Below, piece after piece: positions 24,271 to 35,699 of a stretch of 64,000 nt of DNA; position 1 is the first letter of the stretch; each line of letters opens with the position of its first letter. Under the pieces are notes generated by a model. That model saw nothing but the letters and a program-made list of their open reading frames with translations, was not told the DNA's origin and did not search any database. Both the position numbers and the translations under genes were made by a program. The DNA is from Camelus ferus (lineage: Eukaryota): NCBI RefSeq assembly GCF_009834535.1, contig NC_045714.1, positions 18,414,001 to 18,478,000 on the forward strand, written 5' to 3'.

Positions 24271-27200
24271 TTGCAACCAAAATATGAAGTCCAAATTCAC
24301 GAGCGTGGCCTATCAGGCCCTGGTGGCGGGGCGTAACCTCGCCTCCCCAAGCTCCTCTGTGACACCCACCCTCTTGCTGTTCCGAAGGCTCCCAGCCGCT
24401 TCCACGGCTTTACACGAAGCGACCATCAGCACCTCCATTCTTTCCTCCAGCCCCATCTTTGCTGTGATAGTTATCTCTGAAATCTGACTTAGAAGCACCC
24501 AAACATTTCATTTCTTACATTTATAACAATCTAAGAGTATCGGTCCAAAAATCACAGCATTTATAACGTACAAATGCATTTCAGCTCTTCTGAGGATGAA
24601 ATATGGAGATGAAACACTGAGGACTTTTATCGTGACTACCGCTGAATACTCAGAGAAGTTCCTGCGCCTGGAAGAGCAGGTCACGGGTGAATCTCGGGTC
24701 TGGACCCGGGACAGACGAGACGCAGGACAGCGGCATCTCAGTGAAAGCGTGGTCTCAGATCTGATGCCGGCGGCTTCAGGTAAACAAGCAGAATCTGACA
24801 TCCTGTGAGCCCTCTGCTCTGAAATCAGAGGTCACCGTGTCGTGGAACACACACAAAAGCTGGAGTGAAGTGCTCGGGCCAGTGAAACACTAAACAAGCA
24901 CACCTGCATTTTCACAGCAGATAATTCCAGTGGGGATTTCTCGTTGCTGTGGATACAAAGGAAGGAACAGCTCAAAGATACTTGTAAAGCAGGGCGGGAT
25001 TAGAGTGTCCAGGGAAATGAGTAAGAGACATTGCGTTTCACTCCCGGCTTCGGGAGGACAGCTACCAAATTAGGTCTAAACATGCTCACCCTCCAAGCGG
25101 AGAGGGGCACACGGCCAATTTATGGTGAACATGATAAAAGAAACATAAACACTTTCCATGTCGCTTACCCTTCTGGGCGTTAGAAACCTGCCAGGCGGCG
25201 AGGTGAATGCTCATTCTGTTTCATTTTTACGTTTTTGCTGATTTGCTTTTGGGGGGAGGGGGGGCATAGCAAGGACAACCAAAGCAAGGGGTTTACTAAC
25301 TGTTCTCATTAATGCTTTTATTTGAACACACAGATAATGTAGAGGGAAAATAATTCCCCCACATCAATCTAAAGGTTACATTTTAATTTACTAAAATCTC
25401 TGCTTTCTGAATTCTTCAAAACAATGACAAAAATACTTGCCAAGTGACAGTAAATCTCAGCTCAAGAAAGACATTCTACCTAACTGTGCATTTTACTAAT
25501 CAAGAATAACTCAGATTTAATTTGGTTCAATGATACCACACAATTTCACAAAATTAATGATAAAATGATAGGATTGAAAAGTCAGGAGTTATGGCAGATG
25601 GACTCTCTGCGTCTCGTGGGAGTGATTTTTATCTCCACAGAGGTGACGAGTTCAGAAAGCACATAAAAACACTCAGAACAACAAAAAATACACAAAATAA
25701 AAGTCAGGAGCTGTATGAATTTCCAACATTAGAGGGAAAATACAGGGCAAAGCAAACCACAATGAAATGTTTATGACAAGCATAGAACCAATGAAGAGAA
25801 TGTAGTTTTTACCTGAAAAGTGTTTAACTGACTTCAGCACTAGTTTGCCTGCTTAGATCACAAAAGAGATTTCTGGACATCGCTGGCTACTTACTTCATT
25901 TTTGTTGTGTTAGTAAAAATAACACAGCAGCTGCGTTCGTGGCCACGACGCTGTAGGTAAGGGCACCTCCAGGAGACCAGAGGGACAGAGGCGTGGGGTC
26001 AAGGATTCTGAGCACTTCTAGAAGGGGTGGAGTGTTCCTGGGGCGGGCGCCACCTTGAGTGGCTTCCCTGCTGAGACCCCAGTAGGAACCGGGACGGAGC
26101 CTGGGGAAACAGGCCAAGGAACAAGCCTCTTAAGCCTGCCCGAGTCCAGGCTTGTGTCCCGGGGCAAGAATCTCGAGTCAGCACTGGACCCGACAAAAAG
26201 GCACAACTGGGCATAACTGGGGCAGGGGCTGGTAGCCAGGGTAAGGGGTTGGGGGGAAGATCTGGGGAGTCAGGATTTCAGATGAAAAGCGTATGTATCT
26301 CTGAATCAAAGTGAAATATAAATCCTTACTGAAAGAGAAAATGAGTGTCATGTTTGAAACATCTATTGAACAAATAAGAAGAAAACTTGGGAGTTCTGGC
26401 AAAAAAGGCTAAAATGAAACTGAGTTTTACCTTAAGACTTATGGGAAAAGATGTATGATGTTTTCATCTCGCTGTATTTGAAGCAAAAATATTTCACACT
26501 TGTCCCTGGAGCATATACAAGACAGCGGCTATAAAGGATGAGTCAGACAGCCTTCGCACACAGGAGATGGCAAAGTACAAGACGAAATCCATTATTCCAC
26601 GGGGCTGGGAAAACAAAGCATCGTGGGAATTCAGAAGCAAGTAAGACCGCTTCCAGTCGGGGCGGGGAAGCTGAGGGAGGGTTTTCCGTTTTGCACAAAT
26701 GCTGGTGGTTACGAAGGCTTTGCTAACGCCACGAGGGCAGGTCTCCTCAAGCTTGGCAGACACATCTTCTTGGGCCTCATTCTTACTGGTGAACAGTTTA
26801 AGCAGGAAGCCTTCTGCTAGGTCCAATTCAGCATGTAAGTGCTCTCAACTTGGAGTGAAGATTTCAGCTATGCGATGTTTAATGATACGGTAATAATTAC
26901 GCCTGGCAAGCCCTGAAGTAATGATGTGTCTTAGAAGTTACATGATTTGTTGAGAATTAGAAAATATGGCTGGGAAAAACCAGCCCATAAAAAGGGTTCA
27001 GTTACAACGAGCAGTCACAGGAGGAAATAGGTTTCCTTACAGGTAAGACTGCAGGTTTGCGGAAATGTCTACATAAGTGGCTATGAAACCCAGCTGCAGG
27101 TCAGAATTACCTGGAGAGTCTGCTAAAAATATACCTTCCTAGGGCCCAGCCCAGCTCTACTGAGTTGTAACAGGGACCCAGGAAGCTGTCTTTTTATAAC

Positions 27201-27740
27201 ACCCCTCCCCCCTCCCCCTGATGTACAGAATAGTAGAATCTGGAATGGTCACAATCTGTTGTTTATAGGGAGAGTAAATCAACATAAACCCTGATGTCTG
27301 GGAAGCTGACTCAGCTGGGAGTGTGGGGAAGACTCTGGTCAGCTCTGTTTGAAAGGAGTCTTCAGAGAACTACAGTGAGAGGTCAAATCTCGGCTCAGGA
27401 GATGGCCTTGCCCAGTCTGGGTTTCACACGGTGGCCCCAAGTGCTACTCTCCCGAGAGGACGGCTCCCGGCGGCTCGATGCAAGGGCCCTAGCCTGTTCT
27501 GTGCCATCGAGAAGAGCGCACGACCTACTTAACATCCTTCACCCCAGAGACTCACAGCGAGCCCATAAAAAGTGACAATAAGCTGATTCCAAAAAAAGGT
27601 CTGACCGGCTCACAGAGGCCTGCTTTTCTTTTGTTCTGGGAGTCTGCAAAGTGAGTCCCTGGAAATGAGAAAAGTCATCCGGAAGTGAGCAGGAGCGAAT
27701 CACGTCCGCGAATGAAGATACTTTCACTTCACGTTAGTGA

Positions 27741-28061
27741 CGGGCACACCCGGGAGACGCTGCGGGTTCGGTCCCAGACCCACAATAAAGCACATATCGC
27801 GATGAAGTGAGTCACGGGAGTTTTTTGGGTTTCCCAGGGCATACAAAAGTTATGTTTTACGCTACACTGTAGTCTATTCAGTGCGCAACAGCATTACATT
27901 TCAACGAACAACGTACACGTATTGACTAAAAAATACCTTTTTTCCTAAAAAATGCTAACCATCATCTGACAGCAAAGGGCGATCACAACCTTCAGTGTGT
28001 AAAAAAAAAAAAGGTTTTTAAAGGCATTATCTGCAAAATGCAATAAAAGAAAGTCTGCCTG
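27741..28061 (-). mobile_element. Internally deleted Tigger1 derivative (~320 bp, both termini; Tigger1a_Art-like)
   Basis: Left end cgggcacacccgggagacgctgcgggttcggtcccagacc; right end gcattatctgcaaaatgcaataaaagaaagtctgcctg followed by TA; both match recalled Tigger1 termini. Confidence 0.8.
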
Positions 28062-28589
28062 TACATTTAAATATTGGAATCAGATTAGGAAACCGGACAA
28101 TGATCAGCGACATCAGGCAGAGTTCTGGGCAGTATTTTTTGGAGGCAGAATTTCAGGTCCTTCTGCCTGGGGAGGCTGGGGCACTGAGCCTGACACAAAA
28201 CTGTCCCCACTCCCCTGGCCCCCCAGGCCATCAGAGGGGCCCCTGCATCAGCCCCGACAGGCCCCATGGTGATGCCAACGTGACAATATGGTGCGATGTG
28301 ACCCGCCCCGTGGCTCTCCGCCGGCTCCAAGGCACGTGCCATGCGCCTGGTCGCCATCCTGCCTCTCCCTGGTACCAAACGGGCAGCGGGAGAGACGGCA
28401 CGCCCATCAGTCCATGGGCAGAGCCCGACAGTGCGGAGCAGTGATAGCCACCAACCTGCTCGTGGGGGGTTAGCTCTGAGATCAGCAAGGAAGCGAGGAC
28501 TATTTAATTAGCCACCTAATCAGTGACAGGCCACACTGAAGGCTTCAGATGTCCTCGGACCAGCGTAAAGATAAAAAGCCTAATTAAGC

Positions 28590-28930
28590 CGCCAGCGCCC
28601 GGCTGCCGCAGCCAGGCCTGGCAGCTGCGCCGGGGGCCGTGGTCCCACGCGGCCGGCGGCACGAGTCACGGTCGTCCGGCTGCAGCCGCAGCCTCGCACA
28701 CAGACGTGCCCTGCTCGCTCCTCAACACGCCCACCGGATGAGGGATCCGCGACCTGGTGGCTGTCTTGAGAAAACTCTTCCCGCGGTGGAAGCGGAGGCC
28801 GGGGGAGGCCTGCACCGCCCTCCCGCCCGCCGTGCTCTCCGCGCACGAAGCGCATCGTCGCCTCGTAACCGGGGCCGTGGGGACACCGCCCGGGGCTGCG
28901 CGCGGACACTGTCGTCCATCCCGGGACGCG
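28590..28930. promoter_or_regulatory. Small intronic CpG island
   Basis: Dense CpG/GC patch about 340 bp long, preceded by homeodomain and E-box motifs. Confidence 0.6.
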
Positions 28931-29196
28931 CTTACAGGCTCTTCAACAGATTCTTTACATCGGAATCGAATTAGGAAAGATTTTAAAGTGATGGATTAAA
29001 AGGAGCTGCTCCATAATTCGGAGTGATGACGCAACACACGGGAGTGTAGAGAGACACCAGTCGAAACAGAATAAAACGGTAGCAGCTTCAGCTCCATGAG
29101 CTGATGCCCAAGAGACAGGGAAGAAGCTATTCTACTTAAAATAAACAAAATAAAATAAATAAAAATACAGTGTCTACAGTGTCTATTTAGGACACT

Positions 29197-29290
29197 GACT
29201 GGGGCGGGGCCTGACATTCTGCATTTCTAACAGGCTTCCAGGCGACGCTGGTCCTGCTGCAGTCCAGACCCAACTTTTGAGTAAAGAGGG
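29197..29290 (+). mobile_element. MER5A/B fragment
   Basis: ggggcggggcctgacattctgcatttctaacaggcttccaggcgacgctggtcctgctg...cttttgagtaa. Confidence 0.7.
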
Positions 29291-32081
29291 ACAGAAAACC
29301 CAACAGGTTCCTAGATCCGGTTCCTGCCCCTTTCTTGGTGTAGCATTTCCATATTTCTTTTTAGAAAGCCTGACATAGTCCAAGCATTCCATTTGGGGGG
29401 CTCAGCAGGGCTAGAGCGGGTGTGCAGGGCAACTGGTACAAACATGACCGGCTGAGCTACACGGAAGGAGGCCCCTTGCTTTCTGGAAAGAGCTTTCCGG
29501 CTTCACTGCAAAGCTCTCCTGCAGGAAACGGCACTTACTCGATGGATGAGACAGGTTCCCCTCCTGGCTGTCGATCCAGGCCTTCTTTAGACCTGTGGTA
29601 TGGTTGGTGGGGCTCCTACTGTGAGGGCACCTCAGCGTGGGGGGGTGGGGGGGACCACAGCAGAGGGGGCCAAGATCTTTCCGCCAAAAACCAGTGTTTG
29701 GGGTTTTAAAGAAGTCTTATTAATAGAAATATCAAAAAGAATATGTACATGAAACACCACTGTCCAAGTCAACACCTTTCTGTCCCAGAGAGCCAGGCAG
29801 CCCAACCTATCAATCGTGAGAACCGCAATTTTTAAATAGTTCAGATCTGCCACCTGATGCCTTGGGCATGATGAGAAACACAGACAATTCACAGCAAAGT
29901 GTCTTAAGTGTTGCCTTTTCCCTGCCATTCACTGCCCTCTATTCCATAGCAAGAGTGGTGGTTGCCTCCTCCACGCCCCCAACCCCAAGGGAGCTCCCCC
30001 ACCCTGGTTCTTGTGCCACTGTCCTTCCCCTGCCCAGCTTCTGCTCCCCACCGTGGGGGTGCGCACCCCCGCAAGGCAGGTGATGAGGAAAGGAGGCCAG
30101 GGCGGGTGTGCCCACAGGGCAGGGGCCTGGACCCGCTCCCTCCTTCGCTCCCTGAGGAGTGGCTTGGGCACAGCACCCTCAGAAGACAAACGCTCAAGAC
30201 CTGGGTGTGAGGACAAACCAGCTGAGCCTCACCTCCACCCTGCATCCACCCCTGCGTCCCCGGCACCCTTCCCCTCCTGTGTCAGCTAGCCAGGGCCCTC
30301 GGGAGGGCCTGCAGAAAGTCCAAGGGCAGGGCGGCCCCTCAGCCCAGTGCTGGAGGACTCACCAGGGCCAGGAGGACGGAGAGAACCACAAGGGTGGCTG
30401 GTGTGTGTCTCTAGAAAACGCCTGTCACCATGTCGCCAGGCCCTGGAGGGCCCAGGAGGCCTTGCTCTCATAGGGACAAGAAGACACTGGGCGACCCACA
30501 GCCCCGATGACCAGACAAGAAGGTGTGTCCCCACAGGGGCAGCTGTGGCCAGGGAGTGGCTGAGGACCAGACAGCAGGTTGCACTAAAAACCCCAAAACA
30601 TCCAGTCAACACCCCCTCCGCACGTGGCGCCTACTCTGGGCAAATCACATCAACGCCCCCAGTGGCATCTTGGCACCTGGGGGAGGGAGAGTGTGACAAG
30701 GGCAAAGGGTTTATGCATGGACTGTTTTGGTGCCTTTGAAGAGGAGACCTAAGGTGCTCTGTAATTTTTTTTTTTTTTTGGCATGTAATAACGTAAGAAT
30801 AAAGACTTGCGTCTGATTTATCACTGGATGACACGATTACCAGATTTGCTGGTAAAAGGGGTTGCTGTCCTGGGCCTCAGATGAATTTTCCAGGAACTAG
30901 GGTGCCCCAGCTGAGCTTAATAATGCCGTGCAGGCGCATAAGGAGGGCGATTTCCCTAAATCTTGCCTCCAAAATGTGGATTTGATCCTCACTGGGGGCC
31001 CGTGTTTGGTGAAAACTGCATTTCTTCAATTTCATTCGAGCTCAAATCATTTATAAAATCTAGCTCAAATGGCAGCAAAACTGGTAAAGTAAAATATGCA
31101 GCGGGTTACTATGGAGATTGCTAATTTGAAATAATGAGAGAAAATAATGAGAAAACGATTTCCTCTCTTAAGGATTAGAGATCTGTAAACTGACAGCGGT
31201 CTATTTTTAGTTTATGTAATCTGTGTGACAATGATAGAGAATTATGGGTACTTTAAAATGCTTTAAAAAGGTCTGTCTGATTGAGAAATTTAATCAACCA
31301 AGTACTTATATCAAAATTTATACTTGCTTTTATTAAATCTAAGTTGATTCCACAAAAAAGAAAATTATATGTGTATGTCTTAATGGAATCGTTTCAAGTA
31401 AGACATAATGACTAGGTATGTAGCTAAATTAAGACGTAAGACCTGTTTATGATAACTCCTGGACTGCTGTGACTTCACAGCTCCAGCCGGATCGTTCATT
31501 GCTCAGAAACAGCTGCACACGGCGCGCCGTTCAGAGTCGCAGGTGAAGAGACCCGTCAGGACAAAGGACGTCCTCCGACTACAGCGCGGCCTGCGCAGAA
31601 AAACGGATGATCCTGGCTGCTTCACATTACTCCTTTCTTGCAATGAAAGACTGCTGAAGACCGATCGCAAAATTTAAAGCACGTGAACTCAGTGCTGATT
31701 TCAATGATGACATGGGACTTATTTCTGATTAATTGAGGAGAGTTGAACAAATTGGCTGGAAAGTGAAAAAATCTTCCTCTGGTTAAATGTGACGTCAAAT
31801 GAGCAAAATGACCACCTGGAGTCAGCGCGTCTCCATATCCCCCAGGGACAAGCCCTTTCCTTGCCTGGCCCCTCACACTTCGACGCCTTCTGGAGGAGTC
31901 GCATGGGGATGTTTTTCCCCATCTTCCACTCACCTGTTAGTAGCTACAGTTTTGAACAGTAGCTAAAGTTCCTCATGTGATCCTGAGCAAAAAGATCCAG
32001 AGAAAACTGCATTCTCCTAATTTAGGAGTCTGTGGTTCCCCAAAGTCAGGGTCTTTTAAAACATCTATGAAAAGAACTTTT

Positions 32082-32850
32082 ATACAAAGAATAAATGCTG
32101 GAGAGGGTATGTAGAAAACGGGACCCTCCTTTACTGTTGGTGGGAATGTAATTTGGTGCAGCCACCGTGGAGGGCAGTATGGAGGTTTCTTAAAAAACTA
32201 GAAGTCGAGTTACCATACAATCTAGCAATCCCACTTCTGGGCTTGTATCTGGAGAAAACTATAATTTGAAAAGACACCTGCACCCCAATGTTCACAGCAC
32301 CCCTGTTTACAACAGCCAAGACATGGGAACAACCTAAATGTCCATTGACAGATGACTGGAGAAAGANNNNNNNNNNNNNNNNNNNNNNNNNNNNNNNNNN
32401 NNNNNNNNNNNNNNNNNNNNNNNNNNNNNNNNNNNNNNNNNNNNNNNNNNNNNNNNNNNNNNNNNNNNNNNNNNNNNNNNNNNNNNNNNNNNNNNNNNNN
32501 NNNNNNNNNNNNNNNNNNNNNNNNNNNNNNNNNNNNNNTTATAAATCAGAAATAGACTGACAGATATAGAAAACAAGCTATGATAACCAATGGAGAAAGG
32601 GTGAGGAGGAATAAATGAGGAGTTTGGGATTAACAGATACACAATACTATATACAAACTAGATAAACAACAAGAACCTACAATGTAGCACAGGGAACTAT
32701 ATTCAATTTCTTGTAATAACTTATAAGAATATGAAAATATGTGTGTATACATGTATGTCTATGTATAACTGAATTGCTTTGCTGTACGTCTGAAACTAAC
32801 TTTGTAAATCAACTACAATAAAAAAAAATTTTAAATAAATAAATAAATAA
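32082..32850 (+). mobile_element. L1 3' end (ORF2 tail + 3' UTR, (TAAA)n tail) with an N gap at 32367-32538
   Basis: aataaatgctggagaggg...cccaatgttcacagcacccctgtttacaacagccaagacatgggaacaacctaaatgtccattgacagatga; ORF 32288 MFTAPLFTTAKTWEQPKCP is the L1 ORF2 tail. Confidence 0.92.
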
Positions 32851-33020
32851 GGTACAAAGATATATTATATGGCACAGGGAATGCAGCCAATATTTTAAAA
32901 TAACCATAATGGACTATGACCTTTAAAAATTGTGAATCACTATGTTGTACACCTGAAACATGTATAACATTGTAAATCAATTTATATCTCAATGAAAAAA
33001 TAAATAAAAATAAAATTTAA
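32851..33020 (+). mobile_element. Second L1 3' tail of a different, older-looking subfamily
   Basis: gcacagggaatgcagccaatatttt...ttgtgaatcactatgttgtacacctgaaac...aaatcaatttatatctcaatg plus an A-rich tail. Confidence 0.8.
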
Positions 33021-33058
33021 AAAACATCTATGACACTTTTTGAACAATGAATTAGGAA

Positions 33059-33204
33059 GTGGGGGGCTCGGGTATAGCCTACTGGTGGGGCACATGCTTA
33101 GCATGCACGAGGTCCTGGGTTCAATCCCCAGCACCTCCATTTAAAAAATAATAATCATAAATAAATAAACCTAATTATATCCCCCCCCAAAAAATGGAAA
33201 AAAA
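33059..33204 (+). mobile_element. Vic-1-like SINE with near-perfect 13-bp TSD
   Basis: gggtatagcctactggt...gcatgcacgaggtcctgggttcaatccccagcacctcc; TSD aatgaattaggaa (33046-33058) / aatgaatgaggaa (33205-33217). Confidence 0.88.
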
Positions 33205-33760
33205 AATGAATGAGGAAACTGGGTCTGAGAGAAGCCAGGCGCACACTGAGGGTTCTGGGTTGGTGGTGGCGCTGCCAGGTGGCAAGCCCAAGCTCTTGGA
33301 CAGCGCCCCAGGGCCCCTCCCGGGAAAGAGGGGCTGGAGTTCGCGGAGCCCTAGGGGAGCTGCCTGGGGAAGCTGAGCATCCTCAGGAAGCACCTGTCAG
33401 GAAAATGGGCTCTTCAAGGAGACTGTGCAGTGCTTTGAGGGTAGCAGAAAGCACATTAATGGGATGCACAGACCTGCTTCCCAGGGGCTTACTCTGGTCC
33501 CTGGCACCCAAAATGCAGGAGTTGAAGGAAAGGTCCTGTCCCACCTGCTGTTTCTGAAAGCCCACTCGGGACGCGTAAAGTCAGACCTGGCTCCCAAATC
33601 CTCCTGATCCCACAGAGCACCTGCTAACACACAGAGTCCCAGGACCTTGCCTGGGAGTCTCTGATTCGGTACGTCTGTGTGGCCTGGGAATCTACGTCTT
33701 TGACAAATGCTCTCAGCCATGCTCACAATCCAGCTCGATACGGGGAGTACAGGTATAGAG

Positions 33761-33963
33761 CAGGGGCTGGAAAACTTCTTCTGAAAGGGTCAGAGTGCCT
33801 GCAGGCCACACAGTCTCTGCCCCAGCTGCTCAAGTCCGCCTCTGTATCAAGGGGACAGAGACAACACATAATAAAGGAGCACGGCTGTGTGCCAATAAAG
33901 CTTGATTTACAAAAGCAAGTGGAAAGCCAGATTTGGCCTGGGGGCCATAGTTGGCCAACCCCG
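33761..33963 (+). mobile_element. MER58A hAT-Charlie MITE (full length)
   Basis: caggggctggaaaacttcttctgaaagggtcag...ggctgtgtgccaataaagcttgatttacaaaa...ccatagttggccaacccc. Confidence 0.88.
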
Positions 33964-34116
33964 ATCTAGAATGTTCCACTGGTTCATTTATCCACATAGG
34001 CAAGGTATGTGTGATAGCAAAACAACTCGGGTCTGTCCTTTCAAGGGACCCTCTCAGGTGTAGGAAGAGAAAGAACCCTTTAAAGACAAGCGAATAAATA
34101 AAGTAAAACAACTCAC

Positions 34117-34244
34117 CAGAACACCAGTGTGTCTAGGAAGGAAATTCCGACGCTGGATGCACCGACCACGACAATCTTGGCGTTGATAGTTATTTTCGGT
34201 TCCAACGTTAGTTTTCTGTTCGTATGGTTCAAGGCATAACTCAC
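34117..34244 (-). CDS. CFAP61: CFAP61 internal exon B (128 nt, phase 0/2): VSYALNHTNRKLTLEPKITINAKIVVVGASSVGISFLDTLVF(C)
   Basis: Acceptor ttttttttttccag|GTG, donor TTCTG|gtgagt; 42 codons + 2 nt; contained in ORF 34113..34310(-). Confidence 0.96.
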
Positions 34245-34639
34245 CTGGAAAAAAAAAATACAAAGAGAAAAAGGGCCTTGAGGAAAACGTAGTTGAGTCT
34301 GCACTCCCAAAATGGTGATTATGTAGCCAGGACATTACCAGCAAATCAAAGTGAAGGGTGCCCGTGCGCAGCCCTGAGGAAATTGACGGGAAGGCAGTTT
34401 TAAAAAACTCAGGTAAGAATATGGAAATACACCTACTACCGAGGCTGGTTCACATCAAATTCTTGATTTAGATCATTTTTGTCTTATTGCTGACAGATGT
34501 TGCATATAGAACTGAGGCCCCCTATGACTACAGATGATAAGGTAACTACACAAGAAGATAGACAAGCTGCTCCCTGAGAATCTATAGTTTTATCATAGGC
34601 CCCATCTTCCCTTCTGTCCAAGGTCCCCCTGAAACCCTG

Positions 34640-34800
34640 AACAATCAGACTTCAGGAGCTGGGTGCCTGACGCCAGGTACTAACTCACCTCCAATTCTCC
34701 GTTTCTCACACTACTCAGCACAGCGCCTTGTGCACAGGGGGTGTGGAGAAATATTCGTAAAATGACAAACATGTTGAATGACAAAAACATATTGAACAGT
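34640..34800 (+). mobile_element. L2 3' end fragment
   Basis: cagcacagcgccttgtgcacag...aaatattcgtaaaatgacaaacatgttgaatga. Confidence 0.5.
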
Positions 34801-35699
34801 AAGGGTTGTTCAGTCTTTCGAATAACTGAGGGCCTCGGAGGACTCTCAGAAGCCCAGAAAGTAACTGGAGATCATTTTATTGTCCAGGTTTGAAAAAATT
34901 ACCTGAATTGATTCGTTTGGCTCACTTTCCTGCAGAGGCTTCAGTGGGAGCATGAACGGTACAAAGGAAGGTTTTACAAGGAGGTGGTCGGGGTGCTCTT
35001 GAAAGAATGTTAGATTGTGTTGGAAGACCTTGGTTCTTTTTTAATTCATAAATTCAACACATTTTTATGTGATGTTTACTGTGATGCCTGGACAATAACA
35101 AGGTTGACAGCTGACTTCTCATCAGAAGCAATGGAACCCAGAAGTCAGTGGAGCGACATCTGCTCCAATGCACCCCATTGGGTTAAATTCTCATTCCATT
35201 AGCATTAACTCATTCTCTAGGCCAGAGATCTTCAAATTCTAGTAGATTCAAATTATTTTTAATTTTCTTAAACTCCTGAGATATTAGGAGTTGGAAGTCC
35301 AGCAGGCCGATGGCAAAGTCCTATAGAAAACTAAGCTACCAGCTACCCGCCAGTGCCTACGGCAGCATGGCTGTGGCCACGTGCTTTGCCATTTACCAGG
35401 TCAACCTGTGTAAGCTAGAGGATAAATGCCCGCTCTCTAGCTCTAGCTAGCCCAGTAACATGGAGCTAGAAAAGCATCTTGATTATAATGTATTAATAGA
35501 AATTCAAAACAAAGTTTGGAGGTTTTAGACTGTCTCCATAACTTGCATTGCTGGTGCCTCTCGGCATCTGCTTCACCCCCACTCCCACTTCTAACGAGGC
35601 ACATGGTGGATTCTGGACAATACAGAACCTTCTTGCATCTTTAAGAGGGGACTCTGATTGACATAAACCAAGTCGCATAATCCTACCCTCGTTGGCCCA

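Noticed and set aside
31704-31728. ATGATGA...CTGA resembling C/D-box snoRNA motifs
   Set aside because: Boxes only 14 nt apart, no terminal stem, and antisense to the host transcript.
3954-32642. ORFs spanning N runs (e.g. 3954..4241, 6889..7521, 22985..23215, 32334..32642)
   Set aside because: Artefacts of translating assembly gaps, which contain no stop codons.
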